Assembly: GCA_040380835.1 (NCBI GenBank)
Contig: JBEIIK010000004.1
Span: 1-55,706 of the forward strand
DNA: 55,706 nucleotides
DNA from: Ignavibacteria bacterium
GTDB lineage: Bacteria > Bacteroidota > Ignavibacteria > Kapaibacteriales > Kapaibacteriaceae
Direction: 5' to 3'
Shown here one piece after another: positions 29,901 through 38,412 of this stretch (within the stretch, counting starts at the first letter, position 1; every line of letters begins with the position of its first letter). The notes under the pieces were generated by a model. The model had not been told where the DNA came from and made no database searches. It saw only the letters and a program-made list of their open reading frames with translations. Both the position numbers and the translations under genes were made by a program.

Positions 29901-30123
29901 TCGCGAGCGCTTCCGCACGCAGTTGCGCTCTTCGGCGCTGGTCCTGCGCGGCATGCTACACGGCATCGGATCCTGGCGCAGCATCATGGTCAGCGATGTC
30001 CATGTGCTGACGCAGGTCATCGGCGGGTATCACGGACATCTGTCCTATGCCGGCGGCATGGACACGCTGGAGGTGGGTAGGTCCATACTTTTGCCCAATG
30101 CCGCGACTTCGACTGCTGATTGA
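26932..30123 (+). CDS. dnaE2: Error-prone DNA polymerase III alpha subunit
   Basis: PHP domain (HFSFLDG, AITD), GRGSAANS, LFERFL, TPDIDVD, PRHLGQHSGG, KFDVLGL, GVFQIES, GYGFCRSH, OB-fold RQAPPTANG.LFVTLEDE. Confidence 0.93.
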   Translation: MFGSLHTRTHFSFLDGGSSPEALAEQARSLGHTALAITDVHGVYAAVRHQRACRRLGLKGLIGMDIPVSITDAASSVDVSVLARNAEGYRAICRMSTWLHEHGPLEPSHIDAGGCLEALRAEHCIVIVHGLSAPVNAVEPILRLMTSRRNLMVYVGISHDARPWAVRRIRAVADLAAAMDLPVVLAQDVRYAHRDDYAVHDLMICIRHGITIHEPHALRPVNDRQCLRTLQELRTVVPVDEAFENVRRIIEACDFDLLPEQITPPSARLPDGASADQVLRELCQGQFDLRYKRRGDAIRQRARELLEHELGVIAELQLSDFFLVVREVTEYSRSRGIRCSGRGSAANSVVAYVLGITSICPVEHHLLFERFLHRGRKGTPDIDVDFDSERRGEVLMWMEERFGLQQTAMTATIITYRIRMAIRDAAKALGWPEETVRALSKSVPGYTNNSVETYRKELAGVVGNVPMLEILIRAASLLLDHPRHLGQHSGGMVLSSKPLEMLTPVQRSANGVAVVQFDKDDVEALGLVKFDVLGLRMLACISECTELVSRHTGIMPDIDDLPLDDALTFETIRSGRTLGVFQIESQGQIHLLAKHQPERFSDLVTEVALFRPGPLQGGMVHPYIARRRGQQPVTYPHPDLEPILADTLGIVLFQEQVLEIAHRFAGMSLEDADDFRSLVSKNRNRELMASMRDRFVQGACARGVDVECAEQVYEIVSHFVGYGFCRSHAAAFAKIVYQSAWLKTHHTAAYMAAFMQHRPGMYNLMTLEEECRRWGVQVLLCDVTRSGMRYDLEPDGNGSFAIRKPLTAIRTVSEDIARRIVWERARAPFASVEDLVVRLDDIPRDTLECIAMAGGMQQLEADSRRAAWIVGVVRSRQRKSVQEPLFTLPMLHAEDIPALPELRAQERLAYDYIMQGAARVHPMTLYRRSMMSLEIHTIETLGRLAPDARLTVVTAGIVILRQAPPTANGMLFVTLEDESGFLQCVVPPQVRERFRTQLRSSALVLRGMLHGIGSWRSIMVSDVHVLTQVIGGYHGHLSYAGGMDTLEVGRSILLPNAATSTAD

Positions 30124-30862
30124 ATACGACGGGACCAACTACGTTGGCTGGCAGCGCCAGACCAACGGCGTGTCTGTGCAGCAGCGAATCGAAGAGGCGC
30201 TGACGGTGGCCTATGGCGTGCGATGCATCATCCATGGAGCCGGCAGGACCGATGCCGGCGTACATGCCAGCGGGCAGTGTGCCCACGCGGAGCTACCGGA
30301 GGGGGCTCATCAGATCCCGATCAACAAGGTGGCGGTAGCCATCAATACACGTCTGCCCAAGGACATCCGCATCCTGAACGTCGATCACGTGCATGATGGA
30401 TTCCATGCCCGCTTTGATGCAATCTGGCGCGAGTATGTCTATTCGATCGCTCTAAGACCAAGCGTTTTCAACCGACGGACGTCATGGCATCCGGAAGCCC
30501 CCTTCGACCGGGACCTTTTCGAACAAGCCCTGCAGGTGATGCGCGGGCGGCACGACTTTACGGCGTTCTCGAAGTCCAACCCCGATACGTCCAGCTATGT
30601 GTGCAATCTGCAGACCTGCCAGGCAACGATTAACGGTGATGTGCTCGAGGTCAGATTACGTGCAGACCGGTTCGTATACGGAATGTGCCGGGCAATCATC
30701 GGCGCATGCATGTCCGTTTCACGACAACGCTTTACGCTCGATCAGCTAACCTCCATGCGCGACTCCACATCGCGTATCGTCGCGCCTCTTCTTGCTCCGG
30801 CACATGGCCTGTGCCTGACGGCAATTGGCTACCCGGAGGTGTCGCCGGCCGACCCTAGCTAA
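30098..30862 (+). CDS. truA: tRNA pseudouridine(38-40) synthase
   Basis: IEYDGTNYVGWQ, GAGRTDAGVHA, FHARF, GRHDF and APAHGL; start ATG 30098. Confidence 0.95.
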   Translation: MPRLRLLIEYDGTNYVGWQRQTNGVSVQQRIEEALTVAYGVRCIIHGAGRTDAGVHASGQCAHAELPEGAHQIPINKVAVAINTRLPKDIRILNVDHVHDGFHARFDAIWREYVYSIALRPSVFNRRTSWHPEAPFDRDLFEQALQVMRGRHDFTAFSKSNPDTSSYVCNLQTCQATINGDVLEVRLRADRFVYGMCRAIIGACMSVSRQRFTLDQLTSMRDSTSRIVAPLLAPAHGLCLTAIGYPEVSPADPS

Positions 30863-31703
30863 GCCACGCTGGTGTTTCGTCGAGGGCCATCGTTGCGGCG
30901 CGCCAGAAGAGCCGGAAGGCTTCGGCCGGATCTTCCGATTCAGCAGCAAAGGTCATCTCCCCTATCCGCTGGATGCCTTCACAGGCGAATGCTTTCTGGC
31001 ACTGCTCGCGACGGTACGTATCGACCTCGATGCGGGTTGTTCCACCGGCTGAACGATGCCATGTTGAACGGTCAGACATCGCCCGGACAGCCCCCTGAAA
31101 AAGGAGATCTCGCGTTGCAAGTGGCGTTAGGCAAATGGCCGCTGTCGGACCAAGCGTCTGCTTGGTGGAGACAAACACCGAGGTCGAATTCCACGCACGG
31201 ATCTCCGCCTGAAGCTCACTGTTGCCGCTGACCATAGACAGCGGGATGCCAAAACTTGCCAGCACGGCAGCATTGACTTCGACCTCGCCAGCGGCGCGTC
31301 CATTGAGGCGCAGCTCGCGGATGAGCGAACCGATGTAGGTGTGAGCAAGAAGTCCGCCTGGCGTTCCAGCCTTGCTGTGATAGCCGATACAGAAGGCCAC
31401 GTCGGCACCGAACTGCACGCCCTCTAGCTGACAAAGGGGCTTATTAAACGGCTTGGCCGAACCAACGACGAGTCGGGCAGAGGGATGAAGATGCTCAAGC
31501 AGGATGTTGCGCATGACGCCATGGCCGTCACCAACGAGGATATCAGCGCCGGACTCTACCGAAAGAATACCTTCAATGACTGCGTTGACGTCAGCGGTGA
31601 GCAGCTTCTGCGCTGCTGCATAGCCCCTTCCTTCGGGCATGAGCTGATCATGGTGAACCACGCCCGTGGCACCTTCCATATCGACGGCGATGAAGACCTT
31701 CAT
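30855..31703 (-). CDS. M55-family D-aminopeptidase (DppA-like)
   Basis: MKVFIAVDMEG, DGHG, IGYH, LAHT and GE motifs. Confidence 0.9.
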   Translation of the reverse strand: MKVFIAVDMEGATGVVHHDQLMPEGRGYAAAQKLLTADVNAVIEGILSVESGADILVGDGHGVMRNILLEHLHPSARLVVGSAKPFNKPLCQLEGVQFGADVAFCIGYHSKAGTPGGLLAHTYIGSLIRELRLNGRAAGEVEVNAAVLASFGIPLSMVSGNSELQAEIRAWNSTSVFVSTKQTLGPTAAICLTPLATRDLLFQGAVRAMSDRSTWHRSAGGTTRIEVDTYRREQCQKAFACEGIQRIGEMTFAAESEDPAEAFRLFWRAATMALDETPAWLS

Positions 31704-31738
31704 AATGCAACTGACTCCAGTGGTGCGGGTGATATAGA

Positions 31739-33040
31739 TTACGGCTCTGCGACAGGCACGGCTTCGACGGCGTCCCTACGCACGGCCGTCAGTACCACGC
31801 GGATGGGCTGCTTGTGCATGTCCGGCGCACCGGTCATGCAGATGGCCACGTGGTTCTCCGTCCAGCCCGTCCACATGCCCGTGCTAGCATCATACCCCTC
31901 CGGCAGAAAGCTGCGGACGGAACCAAGCTGACGGCGATGAAACTCTTGGGTGCGCTCTTCACTAAGACCACGCAAACGCCGTGTGCGCTCACGGCGCACG
32001 GAAACGTCGACCGAGCCTTCCATGATGGCCGCATCGGTGTTAGAGCGCTCCGAGTAGGTAAAGACATGCAGGTAGGACCACGGCAGGTCATGCAGAAGCT
32101 CGATCGTCTCTTCAAACTCGGCATCGCCTTCGCCGGGGAAGCCCGTGATCACATCGATGCCCACGGCCGCATCCGGTAATACTCGGGAGAGTCGTTCGAT
32201 GACCGTCCGGTACATTGACGGGTTGTATCGTCGCCTCATAGCGCGCAAAACCTCTGCCGAGCCGCTCTGCAGCGGAACATGCAGGTGTGGCACGATGGTC
32301 TTCGATGCTGCTATCAGGTCGATGATCGCCGGTGTGAGCGTGTTGGGCTCTATCGAACCCAGCCGGACACGGATAGGCAGCTGCATGGAATCGATCATCG
32401 TAAGAAGATCGACCAGTCGGTGCCCCTCTGACGTATGGTACTCGCCAAGGTTGATGCCCGAGATCACACACTCGTGAAAACCCTCGTGGACGATGTTGAT
32501 AAGATCCTGCCGCACATTCGACAGATTCATGGCTCGAGCCGGACCCCGTGCCAGAGGGATGGTGCAAAATGAGCATGTGTAATCACACCCGTCCTGTACC
32601 TTGATGAAAGCCCGCGTGCGGGTATTGATGCGCGATGAACGTGCTGCCGTGAATTCCGTCGCACCGGTAAGGGGCTGCACGTGACGCAGCTGAACGGTGC
32701 TCCGTAGCACGTCGCCGGCTAACTCGGCGATTCGCATTTTATCGGCCGTGCCAACTACAGCGCTCACACCGTCGATCGACAGCACCGCATCGGGTTTGAG
32801 CTGCGCATAGCATCCCGTCACAACAACCCGAGCTCCCGGCGCCCCACGTAGCCCCTTGCGAACAATCTTACGGCATTCTGTGTCCGCCTGTTCGGTTACG
32901 CTGCAGGTGTTGATGACCAGCAGTTCGGCCCGCTGTCCGTACTCGACGATCTCATGGCCGTCTTCGACAAACCGGCGTTCGATGGCCGACGTCTCCGTGG
33001 CATTTAACTTGCAACCCAACGTGGTCAGTGCAACGCGCAT
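31739..33040 (-). CDS. mtaB: tRNA t6A37 methylthiotransferase
   Basis: TLGCKLN, INTCSVT, TGCYAQ, RTRAFIKVQDGCDYTCSFC, GINLG, GSIEP and HVFTYS.R. Confidence 0.9.
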   Translation of the reverse strand: MRVALTTLGCKLNATETSAIERRFVEDGHEIVEYGQRAELLVINTCSVTEQADTECRKIVRKGLRGAPGARVVVTGCYAQLKPDAVLSIDGVSAVVGTADKMRIAELAGDVLRSTVQLRHVQPLTGATEFTAARSSRINTRTRAFIKVQDGCDYTCSFCTIPLARGPARAMNLSNVRQDLINIVHEGFHECVISGINLGEYHTSEGHRLVDLLTMIDSMQLPIRVRLGSIEPNTLTPAIIDLIAASKTIVPHLHVPLQSGSAEVLRAMRRRYNPSMYRTVIERLSRVLPDAAVGIDVITGFPGEGDAEFEETIELLHDLPWSYLHVFTYSERSNTDAAIMEGSVDVSVRRERTRRLRGLSEERTQEFHRRQLGSVRSFLPEGYDASTGMWTGWTENHVAICMTGAPDMHKQPIRVVLTAVRRDAVEAVPVAEP

Positions 33041-33083
33041 GACCGCAAAGTTATGGCTCCGGCAACCACCGCAAGGCAGAACA

Positions 33084-33482
33084 ATGAAACCGGGAATTGA
33101 ATCAGCTGTCGCTCACATTGATGTGGTAGTGATTGATGAAATGGTTGCCCGTCTCGACGATCGAATTCTTCACCCGGTTTATTCCACATTCTGGCTCGGG
33201 TACCATGCAGAAGTGGCTGCGCGCAGGGCTATCGAACCCTACTTTGAAGACGGTGAGAATGCCTGCGGTACGGGGCTTGCTCTGAAGCATCAAGCCATGG
33301 CAGCCATTGGTGCAGCCATACGCATCGAGGCACGCGTGACGTCGATCGTGGGTAACCGTATTCTGTGTAGGATCGAGGCACGTATCAAAGGCACCGACAT
33401 CTGTCTTGCAACCGGGACGCAGGAGCAGGCCGTGCTACCGACTGAGCGTCTGGCACGCCTGGCCGAATCGGCCCACCGCTAA
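33084..33482 (+). CDS. Hotdog-fold thioesterase (fluoroacetyl-CoA thioesterase FlK-like)
   Basis: HPVYST...AE...GT...KH pattern (Thr/Glu/His); likely start ATG 33084. Confidence 0.72.
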   Translation: MKPGIESAVAHIDVVVIDEMVARLDDRILHPVYSTFWLGYHAEVAARRAIEPYFEDGENACGTGLALKHQAMAAIGAAIRIEARVTSIVGNRILCRIEARIKGTDICLATGTQEQAVLPTERLARLAESAHR

Positions 33483-33486
33483 ATGG

Positions 33487-34110
33487 TCACTTGAGGATAT
33501 GGCCGGTCTGCGCGCACCAGAAGAGCAGGTCGATCTCGTCCATGTCGATACCGACCGCGTCGCAGTAGTCCGCAAAGCGCTGCTCAACGTCGAGGTACTT
33601 CGTTACGGTTGACACCGAAGGGACGTCGTCAAAAATTCCGCAGGCCACCATATTCGTTAGCAGATGTCGGTCAATGATAGCAAGGCCACGCAGGCCGATG
33701 TTGCGCAGAAAGTGACTGGCTTCTTTCATACCAAATCCATCGACCATTTCGCGCAGAGCATTACGTCGATCTCGCGCAGGTACATCCGTGGCAGCAATCA
33801 CAGATTCAATCCTTGACCAGTCCGAGCGGGCGCGATGAAGTCGCACATGCTTTGTGTGGTGAAAGCGGATGTAACGGTCGGGCTTGCGCAGAACATCGAT
33901 GACATCCTGACCGTTGGACAAGAAGTCCAGGGACTCCAGCTCAGACTGCACCATCGAGGCATGCACAGCGCTCGACTGCGGAGTCATCAGGCAGAAGCAC
34001 ATCTCATAAAACCAGCGTGTCTGCGGAACTCGGGCAAAGTCATCAAGCCGGCGCTGAATCTCTTCAGACCGCTCACGATACAGCTCTGCTAGGTGTTCTG
34101 GAAGCCGCAC
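33487..34110 (-). CDS. N-glycosylase/DNA lyase (OGG2-type 8-oxoguanine glycosylase)
   Basis: EMCFCLMTPQSSA, IRFH, HhH motif GFGMKEASHFLRNIG, AIIDRH, DLLFW...TG.ILK; likely GTG start 34110. Confidence 0.88.
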   Translation of the reverse strand: MRLPEHLAELYRERSEEIQRRLDDFARVPQTRWFYEMCFCLMTPQSSAVHASMVQSELESLDFLSNGQDVIDVLRKPDRYIRFHHTKHVRLHRARSDWSRIESVIAATDVPARDRRNALREMVDGFGMKEASHFLRNIGLRGLAIIDRHLLTNMVACGIFDDVPSVSTVTKYLDVEQRFADYCDAVGIDMDEIDLLFWCAQTGHILK

Positions 34111-34115
34111 CGACA

Positions 34116-36287
34116 CTACACCAACCCTTTGCGCTTTCGCAAAAACCACTCAAGAGCAAAGGCCGCAAGGGCTATAGAGACGATCCAGGGCAGGTGATGC
34201 AACGCCAATTCACGCTCGCTGTTGCGAACTACCGGACGCAGACGTGGATCGCGCAGGAGCGCATCGATGAGTGCATCCACCGAATCGATGGTTGCAAAAC
34301 GTCCGCCGGTTCTCTGTGCCAGAAGTCTCAGTAGCGAGACATTCATCGTGGTCGTCTGCTCTTCAAGGCCGACATCACTGACGATGAACGTCCCTTGGTC
34401 GCGACCGATCGTCTGCCCCTTGCTCGTCGCTGATCCGGTGTAGCTGTAGCGACCGGGGGCAAGTGTACCGATCGTCGCACCGTAGCGTCCGCTTCCTGAA
34501 GATGCCAGTTCGATTGTTCGTGGTGAAGATCCACCTTCGATCACGACGCGCACCAGCGCATCATCAACGTTAGAAAATGATTCGTCCATGACCGTGGCGG
34601 TAAAGCCAACGGTCTCTCCGGCAACATAGGCCTCGTGCGTACTGCGGATACGCACACGGCGTTCATCGTCTCTTACACTTAACCACTTGACGGAGTTGCC
34701 AGCAAAAGTTTGCAATACATCCGTGGCGCTTGAGCCACGTGAGGCTGCCGGTCCCTGTCCCAGCAGTTTCCAGCGGTAGATGCCATGGCCCAGGATCGCA
34801 AGACTACGCGTCAAACCGGCATCACGTTTGATGATGAGGGGCTCATCGATTGACATCGTGCCGACCTTGATCCGCGACAGCACGGACGCCCCCGGAACGG
34901 CTTCGGCGAAGAGCTCTGTGCGGTAGATCGGCGGAAGGCTATTCCAGAGATCGGCGTCACCATCACCCCCGGTAAGACGCATCAGTGGATCGGCGGTGGC
35001 GACGGGTGCAACGTCCGTCGTAACACTGATCTCGATGGGACGATTCGAACTCACCCGGAACGGTAGAACGTCTGCCAGAGGTGCCATCTTCCCGTAATCG
35101 GCCGTTGGAGCAGCTACAAAGAACAACGACGTTCCCCTGCGGCATCTTCCGGCGATATCATCGATAACACTCTTCGGCGTAAACGCCGTCGGAAAACCGA
35201 TCAGGATGATCGCCGTTGCATCTGCCAGCGAAGCCGCCCCGGGCTGCCCTTCATAGAACGTCGAACCCTCACGGTGGATGTACGTCACCAGCTCCAGCGA
35301 TGGATCTTGCGTCACAGCGGACTTGATAAAGGCCACATCCGGACTCGGTGCTCCCGCAAAGAGGATGACGCGTTTCTTGTTCTTCCGAACGCGTACGGTG
35401 GTCTGTGATGCATTGTTTTTCGTGGTGAATTCCTGACCTGCCGCTTCGATGCGTGCCGCAACGACGTGCATTCCTTCGACGGTCGGTACCCAGCGATGAG
35501 ATAGCTGGTAGCGCTGAATGCCGGCGCGAAGTTCCAGAGGTAGGCGCGCGACGTCGTTACCATTGTCAGAGATCACCACCAAAGCCGAGCGATCGGCGAT
35601 ATTCGTCTGTTCAATCTCCATGGTCACGATGACCGGTTCGCTGACGACCCCGATTCCCGGCGCCGTGACCGAGGCCATGCGCACATCAGACGGTGGCACA
35701 CTATCTCCTATGCCAAGCGTGTAGAGGGCCAGACCGCTGCGCTCGGCCGCATAGAGTGGCTGCTCGCCGGTGTTATGGTTGCCATCAGAGATCACCAGCA
35801 TCGCCCCGTATTCAAGCTCGGATCCGGCGTTGGCCACGGCACGCACCGCAGCGCCTATATCGCTACGATAGCCTTTCGCTTTGAGCGTGTCGGCGCTTCC
35901 GGTGAGCGTACGCATCGTTTCGTCAAAGACATAAACATCGGCCATGTCAGACAGGCGCTCGGAAACCCTGGCGGAAACCAATCGAAGTTCTGCCAGACGA
36001 TCTCGCGATCGATCTCGCATGCCCATCGACCGCGACACGTCAATGGCGACTGCTATGCGCGGCTGCGTTGTTTCACTTTTTCGGAAACGAGCAAGGGGCT
36101 CGTACAGCAGTAGAATCAGGCACATCAGTCCGATCGACCGCAGCGCGATCAGGGCCGCTCGCATGCGGGCGTCAACCGGTGGAACGGTCACGCGGTAAAG
36201 ATAGGCCGACAGCAGAACCGACACAGCTGCAAACAGCAAGTACAGGTACCACGGACCGCCGGAGAGATCGAGACTGAGGCTTTCCAT
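34116..36287 (-). CDS. Membrane-anchored vWA-domain protein
   Basis: Two N-terminal TMs, MIDAS DVSRSM and ISDG, Ig-like middle region, C-terminal TM ending EWFLRKRKGL. Confidence 0.75.
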   Translation of the reverse strand: MESLSLDLSGGPWYLYLLFAAVSVLLSAYLYRVTVPPVDARMRAALIALRSIGLMCLILLLYEPLARFRKSETTQPRIAVAIDVSRSMGMRDRSRDRLAELRLVSARVSERLSDMADVYVFDETMRTLTGSADTLKAKGYRSDIGAAVRAVANAGSELEYGAMLVISDGNHNTGEQPLYAAERSGLALYTLGIGDSVPPSDVRMASVTAPGIGVVSEPVIVTMEIEQTNIADRSALVVISDNGNDVARLPLELRAGIQRYQLSHRWVPTVEGMHVVAARIEAAGQEFTTKNNASQTTVRVRKNKKRVILFAGAPSPDVAFIKSAVTQDPSLELVTYIHREGSTFYEGQPGAASLADATAIILIGFPTAFTPKSVIDDIAGRCRRGTSLFFVAAPTADYGKMAPLADVLPFRVSSNRPIEISVTTDVAPVATADPLMRLTGGDGDADLWNSLPPIYRTELFAEAVPGASVLSRIKVGTMSIDEPLIIKRDAGLTRSLAILGHGIYRWKLLGQGPAASRGSSATDVLQTFAGNSVKWLSVRDDERRVRIRSTHEAYVAGETVGFTATVMDESFSNVDDALVRVVIEGGSSPRTIELASSGSGRYGATIGTLAPGRYSYTGSATSKGQTIGRDQGTFIVSDVGLEEQTTTMNVSLLRLLAQRTGGRFATIDSVDALIDALLRDPRLRPVVRNSERELALHHLPWIVSIALAAFALEWFLRKRKGLV

Positions 36288-36299
36288 TACAGATTCATC

Positions 36300-37034
36300 C
36301 TACCTGAGCGATCCGGGAACAAACAACACAATGCTCTGTGCAACCAAGACACTGGTTAGATAGAAAAAGGCAACCTCTTCCCATGGGAGTATGCCGGCAA
36401 CCTTCACACCAGTTACCTGACGTTCATCAAAAAACCAGATGCCGCGACGAACGGCCCAGACATCAGCAAGACTCAGGATGGTTCCAATAATCAGTGACGC
36501 GATGACGATTGGCAGGACGCAGGACGCAAGGATCGGACTACCGAACATCCACTGTGCTGCGATCAACGGCACAAACCAGATTCCGAGATGCCACGCATAG
36601 GTCAGATCCGTCCGCCTGGAACGCCATGAACGTGTTGCGTGATGCAGCAAGAATGCGACCAAAACGGTCAGACCGGCAGCGGCAAGACCTGATGTTGTGA
36701 CCAGGTGCGAGGCTGCTGTTTCTGAAGGAATCCAGCGTAGCAGCGCAAGTGTCAGCATCGAGACGTGGAGCGTCTGTACGACAAAGAAGAAGATCTCCTC
36801 CACGGGCAGCACGCCGATACGCATGATCAGCCTGTCATCCGGGAAGTCCCAGACGCCCCTTCTCACGGCCCACGAGTCCCACGGGTAGGTGAACACGACC
36901 ACGATCGCACAAAGCACAAGCATACTGAGAAGTCCGGCGATGTTGGCTCCGGCAGCTATCCAGCACAGCGCACAGGCTACCAGTAGCGGCAACGTCATAC
37001 GATAATGGAACCCGCGATAGGTCATCGTTATCAT
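36300..37034 (-). CDS. Lycopene cyclase domain protein (fused CrtYc/CrtYd-type)
   Basis: Two repeats of D.WAVRRG.W.F...LP.EE..FF in a very hydrophobic protein. Confidence 0.85.
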   Translation of the reverse strand: MITMTYRGFHYRMTLPLLVACALCWIAAGANIAGLLSMLVLCAIVVVFTYPWDSWAVRRGVWDFPDDRLIMRIGVLPVEEIFFFVVQTLHVSMLTLALLRWIPSETAASHLVTTSGLAAAGLTVLVAFLLHHATRSWRSRRTDLTYAWHLGIWFVPLIAAQWMFGSPILASCVLPIVIASLIIGTILSLADVWAVRRGIWFFDERQVTGVKVAGILPWEEVAFFYLTSVLVAQSIVLFVPGSLR

Positions 37035-37036
37035 TA

Positions 37037-38002
37037 TCAGGGCAGCGGGACGGCAATGCTTAGGCGGTGCATTACGGCTGCAGCTCCCAGAGCGCTGTAT
37101 GCATAATCGAAGGAAAGTCCTGGCAGGCGCAACCCAAGACCGGCACTGAGTCCGGAAAGCTGCGAGGCGACATTCACACCTGATGTGTTTCGCATACGGT
37201 TATCGTACGACAGACGCGCCTGCACGACCTTTCCGAGATAGAGCTCGCCCCCTACGGAGAAGTTCTTCAAACGGTCAAGGACGTTGTCGACATCATCGGT
37301 GAGATGGTTCAGGGAGGCATTGATGAGAAGGGGCAGACCACGCAGACGATGACTGATTCCGATCCGCATATCAAGTGGCAGACGGTCGCGTGTGCCGTCA
37401 TAGGTGCTTAGCTGGGTTCCAACGTTCAGAATCGAGAGACCGATGGTGACGCGCTTGGCCGGCACCCGGTAGAGCAGGCCGGCATCCAGGGCAACGGCCG
37501 TCGAGGACATATCGGGAATGGTTGAATGCAGCACCTTGGCCGACACTCCGTAGCTCAGCGTGGAATCAAGTTCATTGGCAACCGAAACCGAGACAGCAAC
37601 ATCGTTTGCACCGAAAGTGCCGGTGCGATCGCCTACTCCGGTTGTGCGCTGAAATGTACCGTAGTTGAGATATCCGACCGTAAATGCCATGTCGCCGACC
37701 GACTCGACATTGGTGCTGTAGCTGGCATAGCCGGCATTGATGTCCAGGACGTGCTTGATGAACGTTGCGGTCACTGCCGACGAATCCACCGTTGTCAGAA
37801 CAGCCGGGTTGATCACAACGTTAGCCGGGTCCTGCGTGATGGCTACCGTTGCTCCGCCCAGACCAGCCATACGAGCGCTGATGGTGCTGCGCAGAAAGTT
37901 AAAAATGAAGCCCTGCTGTGCCAGTGCTTCCGAAGCAGCGATGGTCATGCTGACAGCAACAAACAGACATCCTGTTGCCCGGAGCATTAGAGGTCGAATC
38001 AC
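37037..38002 (-). CDS. porQ: PorQ/PorV-family T9SS outer-membrane barrel
   Basis: Signal peptide, FNFLR...SARMAGLGG, INPA.L, ALDAG, FDYAYS and HRLSI; the family call is firmer than the porQ-versus-porV choice. Confidence 0.65.
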   Translation of the reverse strand: MIRPLMLRATGCLFVAVSMTIAASEALAQQGFIFNFLRSTISARMAGLGGATVAITQDPANVVINPAVLTTVDSSAVTATFIKHVLDINAGYASYSTNVESVGDMAFTVGYLNYGTFQRTTGVGDRTGTFGANDVAVSVSVANELDSTLSYGVSAKVLHSTIPDMSSTAVALDAGLLYRVPAKRVTIGLSILNVGTQLSTYDGTRDRLPLDMRIGISHRLRGLPLLINASLNHLTDDVDNVLDRLKNFSVGGELYLGKVVQARLSYDNRMRNTSGVNVASQLSGLSAGLGLRLPGLSFDYAYSALGAAAVMHRLSIAVPLP

Positions 38003-38412
38003 GAACGATCTCCCAGCAGTTCCAGAAAATTGCCCGGCGGACGGGTCGGACGGAAGTTATCTGCACGCACGAACGTGTGACGTGTCCAGCCTCGCACGAG
38101 TGTAGCGCCGTTGCGTGTGATCTCGTAGCTGATGTTCAGGCGAGCCCCCTTTAGAGGTTCGACAACCGTACGAATCTGCAGAAGATCGTCATAGTGCGCA
38201 GGAAGAAGATACTCGCAGTGCGACTCCAGAACCGGAAGCATGTACCCGGACTGCTCTAGCTCGCTGTAGGGAAGCCCCTTATCACGCAGATACTCGGTCC
38301 GACCAATTTCAAACAGTCGCAAATAGCCGCCGTGATAGACCACGCCCATCTTGTCCGTGTCACTGTATCGCACGCGATATGTTGTGACATGATACGACGC
38401 TTGCCGGCTCAT
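37999..38412 (-). CDS. Acyl-CoA thioesterase (YbgC/FadM family)
   Basis: RVRYSDTDKMGVVYH..Y...FEIGRTE. Confidence 0.9.
   Translation of the reverse strand: MSRQASYHVTTYRVRYSDTDKMGVVYHGGYLRLFEIGRTEYLRDKGLPYSELEQSGYMLPVLESHCEYLLPAHYDDLLQIRTVVEPLKGARLNISYEITRNGATLVRGWTRHTFVRADNFRPTRPPGNFLELLGDRS

Noticed and set aside
24229-30123. Mutagenesis cassette as a prophage or mobile element
   Set aside because: The repressor is phage-like, but no integrase, transposase, att-like repeats or structural genes are visible.
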